A stretch of DNA of 50,651 bases from Candidatus Nanoanaerosalina archaeon (GTDB lineage Archaea > Nanohalarchaeota > Nanosalinia > Nanosalinales > Nanoanaerosalinaceae): contig JALDAH010000001.1 of assembly GCA_022729275.1 (NCBI GenBank), positions 1-50,651 of the forward strand. Direction: 5' to 3'. The notes below the pieces were generated by a model. It ran no database searches. It was not told the origin of the DNA and was given only the letters and a program-made list of their open reading frames with translations. The translations under genes and the position numbers were made by a program. How positions within the stretch are numbered: position 1 is the stretch's first letter; each line of letters starts with the position of its first letter. This document shows positions 8,168 through 17,366 of this stretch, in pieces.

Positions 8168-9355
8168 ATGAAAGCAATAATACTTGCAGCGGGAAACGGC
8201 ACCAGGATGAGACCTCTTGCAGAAAAAATTCCTAAACCTCTACTAAAGGTTGGAGGCAAACCCATCATTGATTACAATATCAGCAACATAAGAGACCATG
8301 TGGAAGAAATAATCATTGTAGCTGGTTACAAAAAAGAGATTATAGAGGAGAGATACGGAAGCGATGAAAAGATAAAGATTGTTGTACAAGATCCTCCGCT
8401 CGGAACAGCGGATGCAGCTCTAAAAGCGGAAAAGTTCATCGATGACACGGCTGTTATAATGAACGGAGACGATATATATGGAAAAGATGTCTCCAAACTT
8501 AAAAATTATGATAGAGCGTTTCTAGTAGCTGAATCCGAAACACCTGAAAAATTCGGTGTTTTTGAGAAAAAAGGCAAAAAAATCGTTGGTATAAAGGAAA
8601 AACCTGACAATCCTCCGTCTAATTTGGTCAATGTGGGTTGTTTCAAGGTCTGTAAGAACTTCTTCAATCACCTGAAGAAAGTTGAGAAATCCGAGAGAGG
8701 AGAGTACGAAATAACCGATGCGATGCAGGAGTATCTTGAAAAAGAAGATATAGGGTTTGTAAAGACGGATACATGGTACCCTTGCAGCTATCCATGGCAG
8801 CTATTGGAGGCTAATGAAAAAATACTTGGAAGTATTCATAGAAAAATTGATGGTGAAGTATCCGAATCAGCTGTGATAAATGGCGAAGTTATTGTGGAGA
8901 AAGGAGCTGTGATAAAGGAAAACACAGTTATCGAGGGACCAGCAATAATAAAGAAAGGTTGTAGGATAGGTCCCATGGCTCACATAAGACCCTTTACTGT
9001 TATAGAAGAAGATGTCAAGATATCTAAATCAGAGGTCAAGAACTCTGTTGTCTGTGAAGGTACAGCACTTCCTCACTTCAATTATGTCGGGGATTCCTAC
9101 ATAGGAAAAAATGTTAACTTCGGTGCTGGTTCTATCACCGCGAACCTGAGAAACGATGGTGAAAACGTTAAGGTCAAGGTAAAGGGAGAGCTTCTTGAAA
9201 CAGGTAGGAAAAAGATAGGTGCCTTCGTGGGTTCAGATACCAAGATAGGAGTTAACTGTACGTTGAACCCTGGTGTAAAAGTAGGTGCTGATGTCATAAC
9301 TGATTCAAACATCCGTATAAATAAAGATGTGGGTAACGGAGAAGTACTTAAATGA
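8168..9355 (+). CDS. Bifunctional-type sugar-1-phosphate nucleotidyltransferase/acetyltransferase (archaeal GlmU-like)
   Basis: MKAIILAAGNGTRMRPLAEKIPKPLLKVGGKPII nucleotidyltransferase signature. The C-terminal hexapeptide-repeat beta-helix (IGKNVNFGAGSITANL...) follows the ST0452/GlmU architecture. Confidence 0.8.
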   Translation: MKAIILAAGNGTRMRPLAEKIPKPLLKVGGKPIIDYNISNIRDHVEEIIIVAGYKKEIIEERYGSDEKIKIVVQDPPLGTADAALKAEKFIDDTAVIMNGDDIYGKDVSKLKNYDRAFLVAESETPEKFGVFEKKGKKIVGIKEKPDNPPSNLVNVGCFKVCKNFFNHLKKVEKSERGEYEITDAMQEYLEKEDIGFVKTDTWYPCSYPWQLLEANEKILGSIHRKIDGEVSESAVINGEVIVEKGAVIKENTVIEGPAIIKKGCRIGPMAHIRPFTVIEEDVKISKSEVKNSVVCEGTALPHFNYVGDSYIGKNVNFGAGSITANLRNDGENVKVKVKGELLETGRKKIGAFVGSDTKIGVNCTLNPGVKVGADVITDSNIRINKDVGNGEVLK

Positions 9356-9876
9356 AGCTTGGACTGGACTTTGATGGGGTGTTATTTAACTCGAAACTTC
9401 TTAAAAAAAAGTTGGATGAAAAATATGATTGTTTCAGGGACAGTTATCAGGAACACAAAGACAACTGCCTATACAACAGTATATATGATTACAGAAGCCA
9501 GTGCGAAGAGATGGGTGTGAATTCAAAGGAATTCCTCAAGACGGTTAGAGATATCTCAAAGAACTGTCTATATGATGATATTGAAAGGTTGAACGATATA
9601 GATATCGAAAAGATCATAATCACAAGGGGTAAAAGGGATTTTCAGAGGGCTAAGATTGAAGGCTCGGGAATAATGGAGTACGTGGATGATTACAGAATAG
9701 TCGATGGATACTATTCCAAAAACTTTGAGGACATCGATATACTTATCGATGATACACTGGACGAACTTTATGGTTTTAATGGAAGGAAGATACATTTTGA
9801 CCGTGAAGAAGCTGATTTAGATCTTCTAATAACAACATTGGAAAGCTTCAACTACGTTGAGACAAAATTTCATTAA
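9352..9876 (+). CDS. HAD-superfamily-like hydrolase (putative phosphatase)
   Basis: N-terminal DxDGV motif (LGLDFDGVLFN) and a distal ILIDD motif. ATGA overlap with the upstream gene. Confidence 0.5.
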   Translation: MKLGLDFDGVLFNSKLLKKKLDEKYDCFRDSYQEHKDNCLYNSIYDYRSQCEEMGVNSKEFLKTVRDISKNCLYDDIERLNDIDIEKIIITRGKRDFQRAKIEGSGIMEYVDDYRIVDGYYSKNFEDIDILIDDTLDELYGFNGRKIHFDREEADLDLLITTLESFNYVETKFH

Positions 9877-9883
9877 TAGAAAA

Positions 9884-11179
9884 ATGGATCCGAGAAAAGT
9901 ATTCAAAAGGTATGACATAAGAGGAGAGTATCCAAGAGAGATTGATGAAAATTTTTCTGAGGATATAGGTAAAGCCACAGGTACTTTCTCATTAAAAAAA
10001 GGGGTTAACAAGATTATTGTTTCAAGGGATAACAGAGAGTCATCTAAACATGTAAAGAAAGCTCTTATAGACGGCCTGAGATATACAGGTGTCAACATAA
10101 TAGATATAGGTGAAGGACCAACCGATAGACTTGCTATAGCTGCCAAGATACATGGAGCTATTGGGATACAGGTAACAGCATCACATCTTTCATGGGATAA
10201 AACAGGTTTCAAGATGGTCTACAGAAAGGGTAACGGCTTCAGCAACGATGACATGGATGAGATAAAAAAAACTTTTCTTGAAAAAGACTTTGTAACCAGG
10301 GGAGAAAGCTTCGAGATAGATAATTCTTTTGAGTTCGACGAAACATATGAGGAGGAATTACTGGACTATATAGGAGATATAAACGGCAGAAAAAGGAAAG
10401 TTGTTCTTGACTGTTGTAATGGTACCGCCAAGAGGTTCGCACCTAGAATTTTTGAGAAACTTGGATTCCATGTGATTGAAGCAGAGAGAGAAGAAATAGA
10501 CCCTTATCCTAGAGAAGAAAACAGGAAATTCGTTGAAAAAATGGTTAAGGAATCGGATGCAATTCTAGGGATAGGTTTCGATCCTGATGCTGATCGTGTA
10601 TATGTCATACATCCTGAAAAAGGTTGGATAGATGGCAACAATATCATATACTGTTTGATAAAAATGAAAGGTGCTGAAAAGGTTGCTTTATCTGTGGACA
10701 CATCTAAAATAGTTGAGAACACAGGTGCTGATATCAGATATTCGAGGGTTGGAGATATATTCGTATCAGAACTTGGTTTAGATATGGAAGCTGATCTTTT
10801 GGGCGAACCCAATGGACACTACGCTTTGACCGATTTCTGCTGGTACAACTCGGGTATCATGATAGGAGCCTATATTGCGAACAATGAAGAAGAATTCTCA
10901 GAACTGCTCGATGAGATACCTAAAAATCATACCGTAAACAGAAATTTACAGACCACAGGGAAAGCTGCAAAGATGAGAAAGATAGAGAAAGCTATAAAGT
11001 ATGTTGTAAATAACTTCGATGTCTTGAACAATATTGACGGTATTAAATTCGAGGGTGAAGGTTTCACAGCTCTTATAAGATCTTCAGGTACCAGCAACAA
11101 GATAAGGATAACGGTGAACGGTGAAAAAAAGTCCAGGGTTGAAGAAATTGCTGATATGCTTTATGAACTGCTTTCCTGA
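9884..11179 (+). CDS. Phosphohexomutase (phosphoglucosamine/phosphomanno/phosphoglucomutase family)
   Basis: FKRYDIRG N-terminus, active-site loop TASHLSWDKTGFK, and metal loop GFDPDADRV. The ATG at 9884 is preferred over the TTG at 9857, which overlaps the HAD gene. Confidence 0.85.
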   Translation: MDPRKVFKRYDIRGEYPREIDENFSEDIGKATGTFSLKKGVNKIIVSRDNRESSKHVKKALIDGLRYTGVNIIDIGEGPTDRLAIAAKIHGAIGIQVTASHLSWDKTGFKMVYRKGNGFSNDDMDEIKKTFLEKDFVTRGESFEIDNSFEFDETYEEELLDYIGDINGRKRKVVLDCCNGTAKRFAPRIFEKLGFHVIEAEREEIDPYPREENRKFVEKMVKESDAILGIGFDPDADRVYVIHPEKGWIDGNNIIYCLIKMKGAEKVALSVDTSKIVENTGADIRYSRVGDIFVSELGLDMEADLLGEPNGHYALTDFCWYNSGIMIGAYIANNEEEFSELLDEIPKNHTVNRNLQTTGKAAKMRKIEKAIKYVVNNFDVLNNIDGIKFEGEGFTALIRSSGTSNKIRITVNGEKKSRVEEIADMLYELLS

Positions 11180-12042
11180 TTTCTTATGAAATGGAAAAGG
11201 TATTCCTGAGCATACCCCACTTTTTTTTCCCCAAAATAATCTCTAAAATTATCTCCTAGCCTGAAATAATTTTTGTCATATTTTTCAGGATAGTACCTCT
11301 TAACGGCTTTTTTGATCCATGTATCAACCGGAAAGGCTTCAAGTTTTCCAACACCAAATAGAAGGACGCAGTCAGCGACCTTGTTTCCAACCCCGAAAAG
11401 CTTTTTAATCTCGTTATGAGCTTCCCTGTACTCCATTTCAACAAGGTTTTTCGGCTCCACTATTCCTTTTAAAATCTGTTCTACTGTTTTAACAATGTAT
11501 TTAGCTCGGTAACCTATACCTAAATCTCTTAAATCCTCTTCAGAGGCTTTTGAAAGCTGTTTAACATTTGGAAACTGTAAGAAAGTTTCTCCACCAACCT
11601 TTATTTTATCTCCAAAACGCTCTGCAATACCATTGAACATCTTCTTTATTCTTGGAATTCTCATCTGTGGACTGCAGAGATATGATATTAGGCAAGGGAA
11701 AAAATCGTCTTTTATCAGTCTCATACCTGTGTATTTATCCAGAGCTCTGTCAAGTATATCGTCCTTTCCCCTCAAATCTTCCTTGATATCAGTTATTGAA
11801 TCATATAGATGAAATCTTTCTTCGATCTGTTTTTCCATACCTCCTGTAGCCTTGTAGAATAACCTGTCATCTTTTTGCCACAGTATCAGAACATTACCCT
11901 TGGATGTGGTGAAATACTTGTCGCCTTCTCCACTGTAAAGTGTACCTTCTGAGAGTCTGTACCATGAAAATGTTTGGCCAACCTCCAGTGTCGTCTCAAG
12001 ATCCAGTTCGTCTCTTGAAATATTCAAGTAACCTTCCTTCAT
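11161..12042 (-). CDS. ogg: 8-oxoguanine DNA glycosylase/AP lyase (Ogg1-type, HhH-GPD)
   Basis: OGG_N-like TLEVGQTFSW; HhH-GPD with catalytic Lys and Asp in LFGVGNKVADCVLLFG...FPVDTWI; GIGYRAKYI motif. Confidence 0.85.
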   Translation of the reverse strand: MKEGYLNISRDELDLETTLEVGQTFSWYRLSEGTLYSGEGDKYFTTSKGNVLILWQKDDRLFYKATGGMEKQIEERFHLYDSITDIKEDLRGKDDILDRALDKYTGMRLIKDDFFPCLISYLCSPQMRIPRIKKMFNGIAERFGDKIKVGGETFLQFPNVKQLSKASEEDLRDLGIGYRAKYIVKTVEQILKGIVEPKNLVEMEYREAHNEIKKLFGVGNKVADCVLLFGVGKLEAFPVDTWIKKAVKRYYPEKYDKNYFRLGDNFRDYFGEKKVGYAQEYLFHFIRNQESSS

Positions 12043-12078
12043 CAAGAAGTTTTTTGGTTCACAACACTTTTTAAATTG

Positions 12079-12258
12079 TCACTGATCGCCGCTTTTGAAC
12101 CTGAAAAAATCATCTCCCTTATCACTGTCAGGTTTCTTAGAAGCTTTTTTTGCCTTTCTCGGGTCGTATGTCCTTCCACATTTGTGGCACTTCACTTTTT
12201 TCAAAGCATTTGATTTTTGTTTGAATCCGCATTCAGGACAAACATAGTACTTAGCCAT
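12079..12258 (-). CDS. Small basic zinc-ribbon protein (59 aa), missing from the ORF track
   Basis: Hand translation: MAKYYVCPECGFKQKSNALKKVKCHKCGRTYDPRKAKKASKKPDSDKGDDFFRFKSGDQ*. It has a CPEC-x13-CHKC ribbon, fills an otherwise empty 256-nt gap, and is one residue short of the track's apparent 60-aa cutoff. Confidence 0.5.
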   Translation of the reverse strand: MAKYYVCPECGFKQKSNALKKVKCHKCGRTYDPRKAKKASKKPDSDKGDDFFRFKSGDQ

Positions 12259-12301
12259 AAGAAAAATTCATCGAGGAATTCTTAAACAACTTTCCTATTT
12301 T

Positions 12302-12802
12302 TTAATCGCCATCTTCATCGATGGACATCATTCTCTTCTGAAAGTTGAACTGTTCAAGAAGCTGTCTGGAGCAGTGAGGAACCAGTTTCTTCCACCCTTC
12401 TTCTTCTCTAGACGCCAAATCTCTTATTACTGTTCCCCGGAACTTTTCCCTGTTCAAAAAATCGGGTTCCTCCACTTCATAGCCTTCCTCTTCAAAACAG
12501 CTTTTGGTCCACTCGTTTCCCGAAACAATCTTTTCGAAACTTAATTTTCTTTCTATACACCGTACCCATTCCTTGTCTTTATCCTTATCAGGTACAGGGA
12601 ATACATCTATGCCTGGAAAACAGTTATTGATAATTTTTCTTCTCTCATTGAACGATAAAGGGTTTTTAAAAGTGTTGATCTTCTCTGAGCTTCCTACAAC
12701 GATGACAGGTCTGCACTCTTTTTTTAATCGAGTGATTACGTGTTTGTGTCCTCTGTGGAAGGGCTGGAATCTACCTATGAAGATTTTTATTGTGATGGAC
12801 AA
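12302..12802 (-). CDS. Nicotinamide-nucleotide adenylyltransferase (archaeal NMNAT)
   Basis: IGRFQPFHRGH (the H/T-x-G-H nucleotidyltransferase motif of archaeal NMNAT), about 165 aa. TTG start immediately after GGAGGT. Confidence 0.85.
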   Translation of the reverse strand: MSITIKIFIGRFQPFHRGHKHVITRLKKECRPVIVVGSSEKINTFKNPLSFNERRKIINNCFPGIDVFPVPDKDKDKEWVRCIERKLSFEKIVSGNEWTKSCFEEEGYEVEEPDFLNREKFRGTVIRDLASREEEGWKKLVPHCSRQLLEQFNFQKRMMSIDEDGD

Positions 12803-12811
12803 ATACCTCCT

Positions 12812-13465
12812 TCAAAGGCTTCTTAAAAGGTTTTTAATGGCTTCTTTCTGTTTATCAGCCTTAACTATACCTGATGCAACTAATACTCCTATTGAACCAA
12901 GTTCCAGCGCTTTTTCTACATCTTTATGAGTTTTAACACCTGCCCCTGTTAAAACTGGTGTTTCAACCACCTTCACAACTTTCCTAAGAACTTCTGGTTT
13001 GGCCTCTGAGACAGAGATGTCTCCACCTATCAGCTCTGGTGGTTCATATGCAATAAAGTCAGGTCCGAAAGAATCCACTTTTTCAGCCAGTTCTACTGTA
13101 TCAACACATACCAGAGAGGTAAGTGAGAGTTCTGTGCATCTCTTAATATTTTTTTCTATTTTTTCAGTAGGTATCTGATCCTCTGAATGGTTTATAAGGG
13201 TTCCAGAAGCACCATTGTATTTCAGGGTTTCAGGTATATCTTTCCCAGTATTAGAACCATATCTCTCCGAATCCACATGTTGTGCATAAACAGGTAGAGA
13301 TACCTTCTTGGATAATCTGAAAATATCTGTGTTTTGAACCACCAAAACGATGTTCTTACCGGTCTCTCTACTCAATTTCTCACATCTTTTGGCAAGTTTA
13401 ACGGCTTTCTCCTTTGAACCTCTTTTGTATGTCTTGAGATTCACAACGAGTGATGGTGTTCTCAT
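12812..13465 (-). CDS. tpiA: Triosephosphate isomerase (archaeal short type)
   Basis: VVNLKTY..., GTLINHSE (catalytic His) and YEPPELIG (catalytic Glu) are typical of archaeal TIM. ATG at 13465 chosen; the track start at 13507 is GTG. Confidence 0.85.
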   Translation of the reverse strand: MRTPSLVVNLKTYKRGSKEKAVKLAKRCEKLSRETGKNIVLVVQNTDIFRLSKKVSLPVYAQHVDSERYGSNTGKDIPETLKYNGASGTLINHSEDQIPTEKIEKNIKRCTELSLTSLVCVDTVELAEKVDSFGPDFIAYEPPELIGGDISVSEAKPEVLRKVVKVVETPVLTGAGVKTHKDVEKALELGSIGVLVASGIVKADKQKEAIKNLLRSL

Positions 13466-13520
13466 AAACACTTTTACTAATCGACAAGTTTTAAATTGTA
13501 GGTTCACACCTTAACTTGTT

Positions 13521-14033
13521 ATGGTTACATCCAGGATACAGGAATTTTTCACTGAATTATCCGAATTTTATACGACCGAGCAGTTTATGTTTTTCTTCTT
13601 CATACAGATGGCCGTTCTTATATTGATAATTACTGATATGGCTTACAGGGACTTTACTACTGTAGAAAAAATTGCTTTGTTGGTAATAGTTGTTGTTTTA
13701 CCTGTACCCGGACCTGTTATTTATGCACTTTTTGTTATATTTAGGGATGAACCAGAAAAAAAAGTCAAGTGTCCTATGTGTAAGAGAGATATTGAAGTGA
13801 CCGATAAATGTCCTGAATGTAATTATGTGTTAGTTGTAAATAAAAAAGAAGATAAAGAATATATTTGTGGTTGTGGAAAAAAGTTTGAGACATGGATGGG
13901 CCTCAAGAAACATTCAAAGGGTTGTGAGAAATCAGAAAAAACAGTTGAAGAGAAAGATAATATTTGCGAAATCTGTGGAAGGTCTTTTGATACCTTAAAG
14001 GGTCTCAATATACACAAGAGCAAAAAACACTGA
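13521..14033 (+). CDS. Membrane-tethered zinc-finger protein (PLDc_N-like 2-TM N-terminus, zinc ribbon, two C2H2/C2HC fingers)
   Basis: TM pair with LPVPGPVIYALF (PLDc_N-like). CPMC...CPEC ribbon. CGCGKKFETWMGLKKHSKGC and CEICGRSFDTLKGLNIHKSKKH fit C-x2-C-x3-F-x5-L-x2-H-x4-H. Confidence 0.65.
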   Translation: MVTSRIQEFFTELSEFYTTEQFMFFFFIQMAVLILIITDMAYRDFTTVEKIALLVIVVVLPVPGPVIYALFVIFRDEPEKKVKCPMCKRDIEVTDKCPECNYVLVVNKKEDKEYICGCGKKFETWMGLKKHSKGCEKSEKTVEEKDNICEICGRSFDTLKGLNIHKSKKH

Positions 14034-16301
14034 TCAGAAGTAATCCATTATGTTCTCCTTGTCGAACACGTTCTCCTGACCAACCTGTTCCTTAAGTTTT
14101 TTAGCTGTCTTCTTACCTATAAGTTTTTTCAGTTTCGTGAACCCTGTCTCTCTTATATCCGTACTAGTTCTTATACCGTTATTGTATAACCTACGGGCTC
14201 TTACTCTTCCAATTTGTTTAAAACGTACAAGTTTAACAAGTTCTTCTTTAATACCATGCTGAATCCTTGTTCTCAATTTCCTGATATTATCATTAATATC
14301 CTCCCATCCTTTGAGATTGGTTAGCTCCTCTAATGAATATAGAAGCCAATCAGCATTGTTCACCTTTGCCCTGATACCTCCGGGTGTTATTCCGAACTTT
14401 TCCATCATCCTGTCCTCCTCCACCTCTTCAATCCAAGACTGCATCATTATAGCGGTCTTGAAAGATTCAAGGAAAGATTCATAGTCGGGATTCCATGGAT
14501 CAGGAGGTCTTTTAAACAACTTTTTCTCCTCCCTTCCAACTATATCCTCAAGATCCGCTACTTCTTTATTCTTAACTCTAAGTAATGGTTTCATCTCAAC
14601 TGTCTGGCATAACATGTTCAACAATGGTAATGATGTGGAAGAACCTCTTTTCGACTCCATACAATCTATAAAGTGGTAAGCAGTTTCAGGGTCAATGTAA
14701 AGTTCGGCTATCCTTCTCCCTATCCTCGTGGGTTTGAAACTGTTGTCCTCAAGTATATGAATAAAGTCGTACTCCTCCAGTTTTTCAGATACACCCATCA
14801 GTTTGTTTTCTATCTCACCTATATCGCCGTACTGATAAGCATAGAAAGTTTCTGAGAAAAATGATTTAAGCTGATTAAAGTTTTCAACAAATCCTGTTGC
14901 TATAAGAGAAAGTGTGTGCATCCTAAGTACCGGTTCTACCGCAAGTTTTGAGTATATGTTTTCGGGTTCCCCAAGTATATATCTATCACGTATTTCTTTT
15001 TTCATTCCCTGGTTTTTTGCAACTGATACTGCCTGTCCCTCCGAATGATGTTCTGGTCTTCCTGCTCTTCCAGCCATCTGTTTGTACTCCAGTACAGGTA
15101 TAAAGTTTAGACCAGAATCAGTATATCTCTTAAGATCTCTGATAATAATCCTGAAGGCAGGCAATGAAACACCTGCTGCTAGTGTCGGTGTCGCCGAGAC
15201 CGATTTGATGATATCTCTTCTGAAAGCTTCTTCCACCATTTTTCTCTGCTGAGATGTTAGACCAGCATGGTGGAAAGCTGAACCATTTTTCACACACCTT
15301 GAAAGTCGCTTACACTGTTTTGTCGGGCTTCCAAGTACTTCTCTTATATCCTCTGATAACTCTTCAAGCTTCTTTAAATCTTCTCTATCTAAAAAGCTTT
15401 TACATACTTTTCCAACCTTCTCAGCCTCAGCTTCCGCACTTTTTCTGGAATTCACAAAATTTATGGTCTGTTTATTTCCTTCTAAAGCATCCTGAAAAAG
15501 ATCAAGTGTGGGTTTGGAGTTCTTTTTCCCTATATCCTGCGACTCCGTTTCTATTTTTTCTTCAGCTTTTTCCTCCTCAAGCTTCTCTGATCCTCTCTTA
15601 AATAACTCATTCTCGCTCCTTGAACTAATATTCACGTCTTCTTTGTTCAAAAAAAACTCGATCTCTCCATCCCAATAAACACCCTCTTTTAGCTCTACAG
15701 GTCTGTAATTAGATTCAACAAGTACGGAATCAAGCCAATCAGCTAGAACATCAGAATTGTTAATGGTTGCGGACAGACCCAACAGCTGAAACTCCATGAG
15801 CTCTCTTAACCTTGTAAGGGTAACTTCCAATGTAGGACCTCGACTTTTCGAGTTCAAAAGGTGTATCTCATCCTCCACCACAAGATCAACATCTCTTATC
15901 CATGTAGGGTTATGTCTCAGAACAGCGTCTAGTTTTTCTACAGTCATGACTATTAGATCTTTGGAAGATAGACCTGAACCCGAGGAATCCTTGTCCCCAA
16001 TACTTATAGAAACATTATAATCATTGCCAAAGAGTTTCCGGTAATCCCTGTATTTTTCAGATGCAAGGGCTTTTAGTGGGACAAGATAAATGGCTTTTTT
16101 TCCTCTTTCAAGAACCTTTGAAATCGCCAAAGTAGCTATAAGAGTTTTTCCAGAAGCTGTTGGAGATGAAACTATCATACTCTTTCCTTTTAAAACTCCT
16201 TTGTCTACGGCCTGTTCCTGAGGTGGGTTGAGTTCCCTTATGCCTTTATTCAAAAGTTTCTCCGAGAGATCTTCAGATATATCAAGTTCTGTTACTTCCA
16301 T
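14034..16301 (-). CDS. hel308: Hel308/Hjm (Ski2-like) ATP-dependent DNA helicase
   Basis: Q-motif LNPPQ, Walker A SSPTASGKT, DEIH box, SAT, HHAGL, MAGRAGRP, and a C-terminal HhH-like domain. 755 aa. Confidence 0.9.
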   Translation of the reverse strand: MEVTELDISEDLSEKLLNKGIRELNPPQEQAVDKGVLKGKSMIVSSPTASGKTLIATLAISKVLERGKKAIYLVPLKALASEKYRDYRKLFGNDYNVSISIGDKDSSGSGLSSKDLIVMTVEKLDAVLRHNPTWIRDVDLVVEDEIHLLNSKSRGPTLEVTLTRLRELMEFQLLGLSATINNSDVLADWLDSVLVESNYRPVELKEGVYWDGEIEFFLNKEDVNISSRSENELFKRGSEKLEEEKAEEKIETESQDIGKKNSKPTLDLFQDALEGNKQTINFVNSRKSAEAEAEKVGKVCKSFLDREDLKKLEELSEDIREVLGSPTKQCKRLSRCVKNGSAFHHAGLTSQQRKMVEEAFRRDIIKSVSATPTLAAGVSLPAFRIIIRDLKRYTDSGLNFIPVLEYKQMAGRAGRPEHHSEGQAVSVAKNQGMKKEIRDRYILGEPENIYSKLAVEPVLRMHTLSLIATGFVENFNQLKSFFSETFYAYQYGDIGEIENKLMGVSEKLEEYDFIHILEDNSFKPTRIGRRIAELYIDPETAYHFIDCMESKRGSSTSLPLLNMLCQTVEMKPLLRVKNKEVADLEDIVGREEKKLFKRPPDPWNPDYESFLESFKTAIMMQSWIEEVEEDRMMEKFGITPGGIRAKVNNADWLLYSLEELTNLKGWEDINDNIRKLRTRIQHGIKEELVKLVRFKQIGRVRARRLYNNGIRTSTDIRETGFTKLKKLIGKKTAKKLKEQVGQENVFDKENIMDYF

Positions 16302-16400
16302 CGATACACATAATTTTTTTGTAGAGAATGATTTTTAACCATAAACGTTTACAAAGTCTTGAAGTGTAACATTTTATTAGGGGTAAACTTTATTTTAATT

Positions 16401-17366
16401 ATGGGAGAAAAAGTTTTAGCTTTTGAGACAGGAGGTTCGACTATTTTGTCGGGTATAATAGACCAGGAATACTCCAAGATTTATGGATTGAACAAGAAAA
16501 AAATCATAAGTGATAACAAGAGAGATTATATGAAAGACATTCTCCTATGCATAGAAGAAACATTAAAACAATCATCTTTTTCACTCAAAGAAATCACTTC
16601 CATAGGAGTAGTTTCAGCTGGAAAATGGAATTTCAAAAATGGTTTTGTCACACCTCCCAACCTTCCATTCAGGACAGAACCTATACCTGTAGCCAAAAGG
16701 ATTCAGAAAAATTTTGAGAAACCAGTTTACATGGAAAACGATGTTAATGCAGGTGTACTGGCTGAAGTGCTTTTTGGACATGGCAAAAAATCTGATTCGA
16801 GATATATAGGTTATCTTACAATTAGTAGTGGTATAGGCCTTGGTTTATATGATAAACAAAAAGAAGAGATTTTTTCAGGGGAAACAGGACAGGCACCAGA
16901 AGTGGGTCACAACGTTGTGGAAAAAAACGGTTTGAAATGTGGATGCGGTGGGAGAGGCCACTGGGAAAGTTATGGTTCAGGAAACGGGGTTGTAAATCTC
17001 TACGAAAAAATCCACGGAGAAAAAATGAGTGCAAAAGAGATATATGAGACAGCCTTTGAAGATGATGAAAAATCTTTAGAAGTCGTGGAAAAGGCAGCAG
17101 AATACAACGCCATAGGTGTAGGACAAATAATAAATGCCTATCAGCCAGGTCTCTTGGTTTTCGGAGGCACACCTGTATTTAAATCCAAGGAAATGGTATT
17201 TGGGAAGTTGAAAAAACTAATTGAGAACCCTACTAGAAACCATGAATACACATATATAGATGAGGAAAACATGCCCGAATTAAGAGTTTCTGAATTAGGT
17301 GAGAAGAACATTCTTCTGGGTGCTGGTGCGATAGCTCTAAAAAAATTCAATGACAAACGTCTATAA
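16401..17366 (+). CDS. ROK-family sugar kinase (glucokinase-like)
   Basis: AFETGGSTI phosphate-1, ENDVNAGVLAE, and the ROK zinc motif CGCGGRGHWESYGSG. ATG at 16401 preferred over the upstream TTG. Confidence 0.8.
   Translation: MGEKVLAFETGGSTILSGIIDQEYSKIYGLNKKKIISDNKRDYMKDILLCIEETLKQSSFSLKEITSIGVVSAGKWNFKNGFVTPPNLPFRTEPIPVAKRIQKNFEKPVYMENDVNAGVLAEVLFGHGKKSDSRYIGYLTISSGIGLGLYDKQKEEIFSGETGQAPEVGHNVVEKNGLKCGCGGRGHWESYGSGNGVVNLYEKIHGEKMSAKEIYETAFEDDEKSLEVVEKAAEYNAIGVGQIINAYQPGLLVFGGTPVFKSKEMVFGKLKKLIENPTRNHEYTYIDEENMPELRVSELGEKNILLGAGAIALKKFNDKRL

Noticed and set aside
7701-8177. Full-length 158-aa version of the HTH regulator ORF
   Set aside because: Its first 27-40 codons are hydrophobic, non-conserved-looking sequence and would overlap the divergent GlmU-like gene start at 8168. 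An internal ATG leaves room for two promoters.
12504-12929. 141-aa plus-strand ORF spanning the NMNAT/TIM junction
   Set aside because: It is antisense to two motif-verified genes.
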